From contig OZ024750.1 in assembly GCA_964016885.1 (NCBI GenBank), positions 14,260,001 through 14,324,000 on the forward strand: a stretch of 64,000 bases of DNA, written 5' to 3'. This DNA comes from Eledone cirrhosa. Lineage: Eukaryota. The position numbers and the translations under genes are program-made. The notes below the pieces were generated by a model. That model saw only the letters and a program-made list of their open reading frames with translations. It had not been told where the DNA came from and did no database searches. Shown here piece after piece: positions 25,974 to 38,491 of this stretch; position 1 is the first letter of the stretch, and each line of letters starts with the position of its first letter.

Positions 25974-28900
25974 TCATTGTTCTGTACACATATTCACCCT
26001 CAGACCAAATAATAAAGAATTTTGATTAGAACAGCCCGATGGACCTCCATGGTGTAACCGAGCAAAATTAATACAATTTGGTTGAAAACATTTGTAAATA
26101 TATTTACCCATGTAATTTTGGACACACAGGGAAGAACATAGTTTATTGTTTGCACATTGTTTCCAGCCTGAAAAACAATACGAAAAATATCAGTATTATT
26201 ATGTTTATCTTTTATGGTGTTTCTAGGATTATTGAAAAAATAAAATACTTAACCTTTTCAACACCATATTTCTAATGAAAGGTGCTGTCTCACTTTTGAT
26301 ATTTTCATTGAAACTGAAGTAAATGGTAGTTTAAAATAATAAAGCTGCTATTTTCTCAGTGAAAGCAAAGAAAATAATTATATTTACCGCCTCCTGGAGA
26401 TCCACAAGCTTCATAAAACGCTTCTGATATATGAAAATATCCACATATTTCAGGACCATCACCTCCATAACACCCTGCAGGCTTGCACCTAGTCTCAATC
26501 TACCAAAAAGAAAAAAATATATATGAAATGAATAATAAAAATCATAAAACTATTTAATTGATTTTCTTTTGAGTAACCCATGCTAGCGTGGAAAGTGGAC
26601 AGGATGATGATGAGCTAGACACGGTCACCCGACCCAACTTGCTACAAATGGGACAAACCCGTCTAACCCATTGTAGCATGGAAGATAGACATTAAACGAT
26701 GATGATAATGATGATATATATATATTTAATATACATGGCATTATATAGATGTTAAATGGTGAAGATGATATATATATATATATATATATTGGAATAAATG
26801 CTCTGAAATAGCGATATATATGTGAATATAGACATAGAATATTCGAAAATATTCTGTATGTTTATAATAAACATTTTGAAGACCTAATCGCTATAGAATA
26901 GAATACGTCACGTATTACAATTAGATTCTCGATAAAAGCAAGGGAAGTAAGTCTACGCGTTTCATTCTTGTTAGAATTCATCAGGACTACATATCCAGTG
27001 CTTTTATCGAGAATGACACAGCTAGAGACTTATAGAATACTTAGCTGTGTACAGGAACTGGTTTGAAAGAGCGGTTGCCGGTCCGGCAGAAATTAGAAAT
27101 TGGAATAAATGCTCTGAAATAGCGATATATATGTGAATATAGACATAGAATATTCGAAAATATTCTGTATGTTTATAATAAACATTTTGAAGGCCTAATC
27201 GCTATAGAATAGAATACGTCACGTATTACAATTAGATTCTCGATAAAAGCAAGGGAAGTAATCTACGCGTTTCATTCTCGTTAGAAATCATCAGGACTAC
27301 ATATCCAGTGCTTTTATCGAGAATGACACAGCTAGAGACTTATAGAATACTTAGCTGTGTACAGGAACTGGTTTGAAAGAGCGGTTGCCGGTCCGGCAGA
27401 AATTAGAAATTGGAATAAATGCTCTGAAATAGCGATATATATGTGAATATAGACATAGAATATTCGAAAATATTCTGTATGTTTATAATAAACATTTTGA
27501 AGACCTAATCGCTATAGAATAGAATACGTCACGTATTACAATTAGATTCTCGATAAAAGCAAGGGAAGTAATCTACGCGTTTCATTCTCGTTAGAAATCA
27601 TCAGGACTACATATCCAGTGCTTTTATCGAGAATGACACAGCTAGAGACTTATAGAATACTTAGCTGTGTACAGGAACTGGTTTGAAAGAGCGGTTGCCG
27701 GTCCGGCAGAAATTAGAAATTGGAATAAATGCTCTGAAATAGCGATATATATGTGAATATATATCAAAATGTTTATTATAAACATACAGAATATTTTCGA
27801 ATATTCTATGTCTATATTCACATATATATCGCTATTTCAGAGCATTTATTCCAATTTCTAATTTCTGCCGGACCGGCAACCGCTCTTTCAAACCAGTTCC
27901 TGTACACAGCTAAGTATTCTATAAGTCTCTAGCTGTGTCATTCTCGATAAAAGCACTGGATATGTAGTCCTGATGATTTCTAACGAGAATGAAACGCGTA
28001 GATTACTTCCCTTGCTTTTATCGAGAATCTAATTGTAATACGTGACGTATTCTATTCTATAGCGATTAGGTCTTCAAAATGTTTATTATAAACATACAGA
28101 ATATTTTCGAATATTCTATGTCTATATTCACATATATATCGCTATTTCAGAGCATTTATTCCAATTTCTAATTTCTGCCGGACCGGCAACCGCTCTTTCA
28201 AACCAGTTCCTGTACACAGCTAAGTATTCTATAAGTCTCTAGCTGTGTCATTCTCGATAAAAGCACTGGATATGTAGTCCTGATGATTTCTAACGAGAAT
28301 GAAACGCGTTGATTACTTCCCTTGCTTTTATCGAGAATCTAATTGTAATACGTGACGTATTCTATTCTATAGCGATTAGGTCTTCAAAATGTTTATTATA
28401 AACATACAGAATATTTTCGAATATTCTATGTCTATATTCACATATATATCGCTATTTCAGAGCATTTATTCCAATTTCTAATTTCTGCCGGACCGGCAAC
28501 CGCTCTTTCAAACCAGTTCCTGTACACAGCTAAGTATTCTATAAGTCTCTAGCTGTGTCATTCTCGATAAAAGCACTGGATATGTAGTCCTGATGAATTC
28601 TAACAAGAATGAAACGCGTAGACTTACTTCCCTTGCTTTTATCGAGAATCTAATTGTAATACGTGACGTATTCTATTCTATAGCGATTAGGTCTTCAAAA
28701 TGTTTATTATAAACATACAGAATATTTTCGAATATTCTATGTCTATATTCACATATATATCGCTATTTCAGAGCATTTATTCCAATTTCTAATTTCTGCC
28801 GGACCGGCAACCGCTCTTTCAAACCAGTTCCTGTACACAGCTAAGTATTCTATAAGTCTCTAGCTGTGTCATTCTCGATAAAAGCACTGGATATGTAGTC

Positions 28901-31900
28901 CTGATGAATTCTAACAAGAATGAAACGCGTAGACTTACTTCCCTTGCTTTTATCGAGAATCTAATTGTAATACGTGACGTATTCTATTCTATAGCGATTA
29001 GGTCTTCAAAATGTTTATTATAAACATACAGAATATTTTCGAATATTCTATGTCTATATTCACATATATATCGCTATTTCAGAGCATTTATTCCAATTTC
29101 TAATTTCTGCCGGACCGGCAACCGCTCTTTCAAACCAGTTCCTGTACACAGCTAAGTATTCTATAAGTCTCTAGCTGTGTCATTCTCGATAAAAGCACTG
29201 GATATGTAGTCCTGATGAATTCTAACAAGAATGAAACGCGTAGACTTACTTCCCTTGCTTTTATCGAGAATCTAATTGTAATACGTGACGTATTCTATTC
29301 TATAGCGATTAGGTCTTCAAAATGTTTATTATAAACATACAGAATATTTTCGAATATTCTATGTCTATATTCACATATATATCGCTATTTCAGAGCATTT
29401 ATTCCAATTTCTAATTTCTGCCGGACCGGCAACCGCTCTTTCAAACCAGTTCCTGTACACAGCTAAGTATTCTATAAGTCTCTAGCTGTGTCATTCTCGA
29501 TAAAAGCACTGGATATGTAGTCCTGATGAATTCTAACAAGAATGAAACGCGTAGACTTACTTCCCTTGCTTTTATCGAGAATCTAATTGTAATACGTGAC
29601 GTATTCTATTCTATAGCGATTAGGTCTTCAAAATGTTTATTATAAACATACAGAATATTTTCGAATATTCTATGTCTATATTCACATATATATCGCTATT
29701 TCAGAGCATTTATTCCAATTTCTAATTTCTGCCGGACCGGCAACCGCTCTTTCAAACCAGTTCCTGTACACAGCTAAGTATTCTATAAGTCTCTAGCTGT
29801 GTCATTCTCGATAAAAGCACTGGATATGTAGTCCTGATGAATTCTAACAAGAATGAAACGCGTAGACTTACTTCCCTTGCTTTTATCGAGAATCTAATTG
29901 TAATACGTGACGTATTCTATTCTATAGCGATTAGGTCTTCAAAATGTTTATTATAAACATACAGAATATTTTCGAATATTCTATGTCTATATTCACATAT
30001 ATATCGCTATTTCAGAGCATTTATTCCAATTTCTAATTTCTGCCGGACCGGCAACCGCTCTTTCAAACCAGTTCCTGTACACAGCTAAGTATTCTATAAG
30101 TCTCTAGCTGTGTCATTCTCGATAAAAGCACTGGATATGTAGTCCTGATGAATTCTAACAAGAATGAAACGCGTAGACTTACTTCCCTTGCTTTTATCGA
30201 GAATCTAATTGTAATACGTGACGTATTCTATTCTATAGCGATTAGGTCTTCAAAATGTTTATTATAAACATACAGAATATTTTCGAATATTCTATGTCTA
30301 TATTCACATATATATCGCTATTTCAGAGCATTTATTCCAATTTCTAATTTCTGCCGGACCGGCAACCGCTCTTTCAAACCAGTTCCTGTACACAGCTAAG
30401 TATTCTATAAGTCTCTAGCTGTGTCATTCTCGATAAAAGCACTGGATATGTAGTCCTGATGAATTCTAACAAGAATGAAACGCGTAGACTTACTTCCCTT
30501 GCTTTTATCGAGAATCTAATTGTAATACGTGACGTATTCTATTCTATAGCGATTAGGTCTTCAAAATGTTTATTATAAACATACAGAATATTTTCGAATA
30601 TTCTATGTCTATATTCACATATATATCGCTATTTCAGAGCATTTATTCCAATTTCTAATTTCTGCCGGACCGGCAACCGCTCTTTCAAACCAGTTCCTGT
30701 ACACAGCTAAGTATTCTATAAGTCTCTAGCTGTGTCATTCTCGATAAAAGCACTGGATATGTAGTCCTGATGAATTCTAACAAGAATGAAACGCGTAGAC
30801 TTACTTCCCTTGCTTTTATCGAGAATCTAATTGTAATACGTGACGTATTCTATTCTATAGCGATTAGGTCTTCAAAATGTTTATTATAAACATACAGAAT
30901 ATTTTCGAATATTCTATGTCTATATTCACATATATATCGCTATTTCAGAGCATTTATTCCAATTTCTAATTTCTGCCGGACCGGCAACCGCTCTTTCAAA
31001 CCAGTTCCTGTACACAGCTAAGTATTCTATAAGTCTCTAGCTGTGTCATTCTCGATAAAAGCACTGGATATGTAGTCCTGATGAATTCTAACAAGAATGA
31101 AACGCGTAGACTTACTTCCCTTGCTTTTATCGAGAATCTAATTGTAATACGTGACGTATTCTATTCTATAGCGATTAGGTCTTCAAAATGTTTATTATAA
31201 ACATACAGAATATTTTCGAATATTCTATGTCTATATTCACATATATATCGCTATTTCAGAGCATTTATTCCAATTTCTAATTTCTGCCGGACCGGCAACC
31301 GCTCTTTCAAACCAGTTCCTGTACACAGCTAAGTATTCTATAAGTCTCTAGCTGTGTCATTCTCGATAAAAGCACTGGATATGTAGTCCTGATGAATTCT
31401 AACAAGAATGAAACGCGTAGACTTACTTCCCTTGCTTTTATCGAGAATCTAATTGTAATACGTGACGTATTCTATTCTATAGCGATTAGGTCTTCAAAAT
31501 GTTTATAAACATACAGAATATTTTCGAATATTCTATGTCTATATTCACATATATATCGCTATTTCAGAGCATTTATTCCAATTTCTAATTTCTGCCGGAC
31601 CGGCAACCGCTCTTTCAAACCAGTTCCTGTACACAGCTAAGTATTCTATAAGTCTCTAGCTGTGTCATTCTCGATAAAAGCACTGGATATGTAGTCCTGA
31701 TGAATTCTAACAAGAATGAAACGCGTAGACTTACTTCCCTTGCTTTTATCGAGAATCTAATTGTAATACGTGACGTATTCTATTCTATAGCGATTAGGTC
31801 TTCAAAATGTTTATTATAAACATACAGAATATTTTCGAATATTCTATGTCTATATTCACATATATATCGCTATTTCAGAGCATTTATTCCAATTTCTAAT

Positions 31901-32478
31901 TTCTGCCGGACCGGCAACCGCTCTTTCAAACCAGTTCCTGTACACAGCTAAGTATTCTATAAGTCTCTAGCTGTGTCATTCTCGATAAAAGCACTGGATA
32001 TGTAGTCCTGATGAATTCTAACAAGAATGAAACGCGTAGACTTACTTCCCTTGCTTTTATCGAGAATCTAATTGTAATACGTGACGTATTCTATTCTATA
32101 GCGATTAGGTCTTCAAAATGTTTATTATAAACATACAGAATATTTTCGAATATTCTATGTCTATATTCACATATATATCGCTATTTCAGAGCATTTATTC
32201 CAATTTCTAATTTCTGCCGGACCGGCAACCGCTCTTTCAAACCAGTTCCTGTACACAGCTAAGTATTCTATAAGTCTCTAGCTGTGTCATTCTCGATAAA
32301 AGCACTGGATATGTAGTCCTGATGAATTCTAACAAGAATGAAACGCGTAGACTTACTTCCCTTGCTTTTATCGAGAATCTAATTGTAATACGTGACGTAT
32401 TCTATTCTATAGCGATTAGGTCTTCAAAATGTTTATTATAAACATACAGAATATTTTCGAATATTCTATGTCTATATT

Positions 32479-32521
<43 letters not shown>

Positions 32522-32864
32522 TATATTTTGTGAAGATCAGTCATGTGGAACTATTGTCATCTTGCCTGATGGTTTGAACCCTACAGAACCACCTGCCTCT
32601 TTGAGGTCAAATACCAACCCTACTACCATCTACAAACTGACCAATGAGAATCAAGACTATTCCTGCTGACAACATCAAAATATTCTTAACAAGCTCATAT
32701 GTCCCAAGGCTCTGATACCATCAACACTATACACACAGAGCTGGCATATCTAAGAACTGACTAACTGCCTGATGAGGTCATAGCCATTCAATGGCTATCA
32801 TCGAAATATATATAGCAGTAAATAAAGGATTATGAGTTCATGCAATTGACTTATGTTTCGTCAC

Positions 32865-32903
<39 letters not shown>

Positions 32904-35900
32904 AAAAAGTAAACAGAAATAACAAAGCAAACAGCACAATATAATGAAGAAATGTATTAGTTTAATGCTTGAAATAATGTCCAAGGTGTGTTAAGATGGC
33001 ACCCTTACAACTCGCGGAGTTAAGGGTGCTTTACCTATTATGTAAGAAAATGTATTGTGAGCACAGTCATGAATGTACTGAAACCAATGTGCTGTGCCAT
33101 GAATTCAATGAAACCTCTGAATATGTTGTTTTGAATAATCAGTACTATGTACCATGGCGGTGAATTGGCAGAGTCGTTGGAACTTTGGATAGAATGCTTT
33201 GCGGTATTCATTTTGGCTCTGAGTTCAAATCCTGCTGAGGTTAACTTTGTCTTTCATCCACTCAAGGTCGATAAAAACAAAAAGTACCAGTTTAATAATG
33301 GGGTCAATGATTCCTCTATATCTTTTTCTCATTTCCTCTCTCTCACTCTGTCTATCCCCTGGAAAAAATATGATGTGTTCAGACCTGGAGAGGAGATGGG
33401 CTCCACCAGGTTTAAAATAATACCCTAGAAATGCTGTATCTCATTGCAGCAACTCTACAACTCCATCAGGAGTTACAGAACCATACATATATGTTATTTA
33501 CCAACATTCTTTACTCAATATGGCAAAAAAAAAAAAATTTCAAATAAAACAGAACAACTCACATCACATATGCACTGCAAACATTTTTCTGGTACAATTC
33601 CTGGAAAAAATAAAAACGATATTTAATTTGAGGTACAAGGCCAGCAATCTGTGGGGAGAGGAAAGTTGATCATATCAACCCCAGTACTTGACTGGTACTT
33701 TATTTTATCAACCCTGGAAGGATAAAAGGCAAAGTTGACATTTCTGAGATTTGAATTCAGAATGTAAAGAGCTGAAAGAAATACTGTAAAGCATTTTGTC
33801 AAAAGAAAATAATAAAAGACATTAGAATCCTTGCTAATATGGAAAGGGGATGTTAAAACAATGATAATGATGATGATGATAAGGATTCTGGGAAGAAAAA
33901 TACTTAATTCCAAAATATATTTAAAGAGAATGGCGATGGATTGGCAGTATCGGTAGAGGATCGGACGCCATGCTTCACAGCTTAGAGTTACGTCCCTTTA
34001 CGACCTGAGTTCAAATTCTGCCGAGGCTAACTTTGCCTTTCATCCTTACGAGGGTCGATAAAATAAAGTACCAGTAATGTACTGGGATAATTGCTGGCCC
34101 CTTGTGCCAATAGTAGAAACAATTATATTTAAAGAGAATGTTTTGGTTCTGAACAATATTATTTAGATGTTTCTACCAATAAATGTTTACATCAGTAAAT
34201 GTTTACACCAATAAATGTTTACATTAGTTAATGTGTGTAATCATATTTACAATCCTATTTACATTACTCATTAAATTGAAGTGTCGTGCTTTAAAAGATT
34301 ACAATAATGGGGATGATGATGATGACACACGTACACTGAAATTCACACCATAACAAGGAGCACTGAAGTTTCCCCTCTAATAATGTTTTACGCAAACCAA
34401 CACACTGAGAGTATTACCAGAGGTGATATGAAGGCTAAGATATTGGAATCCTCCCAAGTAAGGCAAGCCACCACCAATGACAAGAAAGGCAAGCCACCAC
34501 CAATGACAAGAACATCATTGACAGCAGCTCAGCTATCCCCCAAGTAAGGCAAGCCACCACCAATGACAAGAACATCATTGACAGCAGCTCAGCTATCCCC
34601 CAAGTAAGGCAAGCCACCACCAATGACAAGAACATCATTGACAGCAGCTCAGCTATCCCCCAAGTAAGGCAAGCCACCACCAATGACAAGAACATCATTG
34701 ACAGCAGCTCAGCTATCCCCCCAAGTAAGGCAAGCCACCACCAATGACAAGAACATCATTGACAGCAGCTCAGCTATCCCCCCAAGTAAGGCAAGCCACC
34801 ACCAATGACAAGAACATCATTGACAGCAGCTCAGCTATCCCCCCAAGTAAGGCAAGCCACCACCAATGACAAGAACATCATTGACAGCAGCTCAGCTATC
34901 CCCCCAAGTAAGGCAAGCCACCACCAATGACAAGAAAGGCAAGCGACCACCAATGACAAGAACATCATTGACAGCAGCTCAGCTATCCCCCCAAGTAAGG
35001 CAAGCCACCACCAATGACAAGAACATCATTGACAGCAGCTCAGCTATCCCCCCAAGTAAGGCAAGCCACCACCAATGACAAGAACATCATTGACAGCAGC
35101 TCAGCTATCCCCCCAAGTAAGGCAAGCCACCACCAATGACAAGAACATCATTGACAGCAGCTCAGCTATCCCCCCAAGTAAGGCAAGCCACCACCAATGA
35201 CAAGAACATCATTGACAGCAGCTCAGCTATCCCCCCAAGTAAGGCAAGCCACCACCAATGACAAGAAAGGCAAGCGACCACCAATGACAAGAACATCATT
35301 GACAGCAGCTCAGCTATCCCCCCAAGTAAGGCAAGCCACCACCAATGACAAGAACATCATTGACAGCAGCTCAGCTATCCCCCCAAGTAAGGCAAGCCAC
35401 CACCAATGACAAGAACATCATTGACAGCAGCTCAGCTATCCCCCCAAGTAAGGCAAGCCACCACCAATGACAAGAACATCATTGACAGCAGCTCAGCTAT
35501 CCCCCCCAAGTAAGGCAAGCCACCACCAATGACAAGAACATCATTGACAGCAGCTCAGCTATCCCCCCAAGTAAGGCAAGCCACCACCAATGACAAGAAA
35601 GGCAAGCGACCACCAATGACAAGAACATCATTGACAGCAGCTCAGCTATCCCCCCAAGTAAGGCAAGCCACCACCAATGACAAGAACATCATTGACAGCA
35701 GCTCAGCTATCCCCCCAAGTAAGGCAAGCCACCACCAATGACAAGAAAGGCAAGCGACCACCAATGACAAGAACATCATTGACAGCAGCTCAGCTATCCC
35801 CCCAAGTAAGGCAAGCCACCACCAATGACAAGAACATCATTGACAGCAGCTCAGCTATCCCCCCAAGTAAGGCAAGCCACCACCAATGACAAGAAAGGCA

Positions 35901-36531
35901 AGCCACCACCAATGACAAGAACATCATTGACAGCAGCTCAGCTATCCCCCCAAGTAAGGCAAGCCACCACCAATGACAAGAACATCATTGACAGCAGCTC
36001 AGCTATCCCAAAAACATCAAGAAAGCTGCAATCTGTAAAAAATCGTGTGTTGATAATTGTTGGTATATCATACACTGATCATCATCATTTTACATCTGCT
36101 TTTCCCTGCTTGCAAGGGTGGGACGGGAACTGATTCTGGCTTGATTTCTACAGCTGGATGCCCTTCCTAACACCAACCTCATTTACAGTGAGAGCTGAGT
36201 TCTTCTTTGCCGTGGCACCTCCACGACCACTCTGCAGTGGAATGATATGGACCCCAGTCCCTATCATCTAATTTCTACAGCTGATTAAACTAGAGCAATG
36301 TGAAATAAAGTGTCTTGCTCAAGGAAACAACACATCACCCGGTCTGAGAATTGAACTCTCAACCTTCCAATTGCAAAGCCAATGCTCGATTGTATTGTAT
36401 TTTTGATTTATAGAAAATAAATAAATAAAAGAAATATATTGAATACCTGGTGTGAATGAAGCACTGCATTTTGCTGTGATGAGATAGATAACTGCTACTA
36501 AAAGGTAGGTGTACACTGATTGAGAAAACAT
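25974..36531 (-). CDS. Invertebrate-type (i-type/destabilase family) lysozyme, 142 aa with signal peptide; exons 36447-36531, 33563-33600, 26388-26499, 25974-26167
   Basis: MFSQSVYTYLLVAVIYLITAKCSASFTPG-IVPEKCLQCICD-IETRCKPAGCYGGDGPEICGYFHISEAFYEACGSPGG-GWKQCANNKLCSSLCVQNYMGKYIYKCFQPNCINFARLHHGGPSGCSNQ...MCTEQ*. Shows the CLxCIC, CGYFxI and HxGGPxGC motifs and 14 Cys in the mature chain. An AG immediately precedes the ATG, so an upstream non-coding exon is likely. Confidence 0.92.
26947..26990 (-). ncRNA. Type I hammerhead ribozyme, minus-strand copy (same sense as the lysozyme pre-mRNA); two further variant copies at ~27257-27299 and ~27567-27609
   Basis: Reverse complement reads gtagtc CTGATGA attct aaca agaat GAAAC gc GTA gacttac. 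Confidence 0.85.
28560..28649 (+). ncRNA. Type I hammerhead ribozyme (representative copy; + strand copies start near 27964, 28274, 28584 and then every ~311 bp to ~32313)
   Basis: Stem I 5' gtagtc 28584-28589; core CTGATGA 28590-28596; stem II attct-aaca-agaat 28597-28610; GAAAC 28611-28615; stem III AC-gc-GT; cleavage triplet GTA 28618-28620; stem I 3' gac(t)tac 28621-28627. A distal perfect 16-bp helix pairs attctcgataaaagca 28560-28575 with tgcttttatcgagaat 28634-28649. Confidence 0.88.
33933..34123 (+). mobile_element. Full-length SINE with 17-bp TSD
   Basis: TSD tatatttaaagagaatg at 33916-33932 and 34124-34140. Confidence 0.88.
34453..36009. repeat. 60/61-bp minisatellite with interspersed 26-bp partial units, in lysozyme intron 1
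   Basis: Unit ccccaagtaaggcaagccaccaccaatgacaagaacatcattgacagcagctcagctatc. Confidence 0.95.
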
Positions 36532-38105
36532 CTGGAAATGAAAGGAAACGCTATTTTTCATATCAACAGCATTTAAAAGAGCTAAAGAACTGTTTTTATT
36601 AGCCATGGATACCTACCAGTCTTGACACAATCAAAACTTAGAGTAATAAATAATCAACTCGCTTTCAGAGAAACCTCCTACACTACTAATTAGATTATCT
36701 AGGTAACAGAAGCTATCAGCTACCTCTATGGAGCCCTTCAGGTACTAGAAAAAGTTTGTTTCATTGAAGCTCTTACTACTAAATACTCCTGTGCATCTCC
36801 CATGTATAAAGTTTACTTTTTGTATTACTGTGCTTACAATCCCACTCTTGTGTTCCCAATTTTTACATTGCATAGCTATCCTACTTACTCTTTTTCTACA
36901 TATCAAGTAAGGCCACTTCCTGATGGGACCAGAGTCCTGTATTCTTTCCTACTTACTAAAACTTTGGTTTTTGTTAAGTTTACTCTGAGTCCTTTTGATA
37001 CTGTGTTCTGTTATCACAGTAGAAATTTCTTCTCAAGCTCTTCCACAGATACTTGGGATACTAGAGTATGACTATATTATAAAGAGTTGGGGCCTGACAG
37101 CTGAGGTCTTGCCAGTTCAACAGCTAGTTACAGACTCTTTATAATATAACAAGAGGTATAAGTCAACATTTCATAATTTACTTCTTTCATTACCATTATA
37201 TATATTTCGGTGATAGCCTCTTGTTGACTTCGTTGAGTGCTCTACCCTGCATACTGAAGTGTTGGTGTTAAACTAACACAATCTGATTTATATATATATA
37301 TATAAGGTCAATTATGCTTATTATATAGATGAAATGTTCTCAATAAAAATGTGCAAAAACAACAATAACAACAATATGTTATATGGGCCTGTTTCTGTTT
37401 TTCCAATGAATAGAAATTTTTTTTTTTTTTTTTTTTACCCCCGAGCCAAATTAAAAACATTGCAACAGAAATTTAAAAAACCCAATTCATGAGCCAGAAT
37501 TCCATTATCCTGTTACTTGTTATAAAAATACAAAAAGAAGAAAGTCTGAGATGCTCAATTTTTACCTACCTTTGGTAAGTTGACAAATCTCCACTAAACT
37601 GCACAATGAAATCTCATTGATAAAACCCCAGATGATATTTCTCACTGAAGTTTCACTAAATGTAGATAACTTTGTTTTAAATATACCTGCTCTTCATTTT
37701 TTTTTTGTGTTGTTTTCTGTCTTAAAGGAAAGTTTTATTTTAATTGAAGTTGAGAAAGCAACAGGTGCAAATTTAGCAATCAGACAATCATCTAAAAACC
37801 TTGAAAGTCATCAACATTATCATTGTTTTTTTTTTCCTCTTTCATTTTACATTGTTGTCACAATCATGATGTCAATGCATAAAAATCAATGTCATTGTTA
37901 TTAATGTTTTTGTCAGGGCTGTCAATTGGTAGGATCAGTAGAATGTTGGACAAAATGTTTTGCAACAGTCTTTGTTGTCATTGTCATTATCCTCGTCATT
38001 TTTACCTCTCATCCAATCACCACCATAATCCTCATCATTTTCATATTTGCTAATCCAATTTTTGAGCAATTCAGCTGATTTATTGATATTATTCATAGAC
38101 AGAAT

Positions 38106-38491
38106 GGCGGTGGATTGGCAGTATGGGTAGACGGTCAGACGCCATGCTTTGCGGCATAGAGTTATGGCCCTTGCAATTCTGAGTTCAAATTCAGCCGAGG
38201 TTAACTTTGCCTTTCATCCTTACGGGGTTGATAAAATAAAGTACCAGTAACGCACTGGGTAATTGCTGGCCTTGTGCCAAAAGTTGAAACAATTATTCAT
38301 AGACAGAATATGAAGGTGGTGGCAGTATCGGTAGAGGGTCGGATGCTATGCTTTGCAGCATAGAGTTACGGCCCTTGACAGTCTGAGTTCAAATCCCGCA
38401 GAGTTTAATTTTGCCTTTGATCCTTACGGGGTCAAAATAAATCGCCAGTAATGCACTGGGATAATTGCTGGCCTTGCAGCAAAAATAGAAA
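38106..38491 (+). mobile_element. Two tandem SINE copies inserted at the same target
   Basis: attattcatagaca(gaat) recurs at 38088, 38292 and 38492, flanking both copies. Confidence 0.85.

Larger units (their letters stand above)
26789..32490. mobile_element. Tandem array of 310/311-bp hammerhead-ribozyme-bearing units (retrozyme / Penelope-like satellite): ~3.1 units on - strand (26789-27761), then ~15.2 units on + strand (27764-32490), flanked by (TA)n
   Basis: Period of 310-311 bp read directly (e.g. ggaataaat at 26791, 27102, 27412, 27722). Orientation switches at ~27763. Each unit contains gtagtc-CTGATGA-hairpin-GAAACGCGT-H. Confidence 0.9.

Noticed and set aside
34435-36133. Repetitive ORFs in the minisatellites (also 16034-16748, 18305-18849, 40053-43322)
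   Set aside because: Open frames are by-products of tandem units, broken by 1-2 bp indels, with no splice or homology support.
37570-37640. Candidate non-coding first exon of the lysozyme gene (donor at 37569; alternative at ~39774)
   Set aside because: Only a donor-like motif supports it; cannot be chosen without transcript data.
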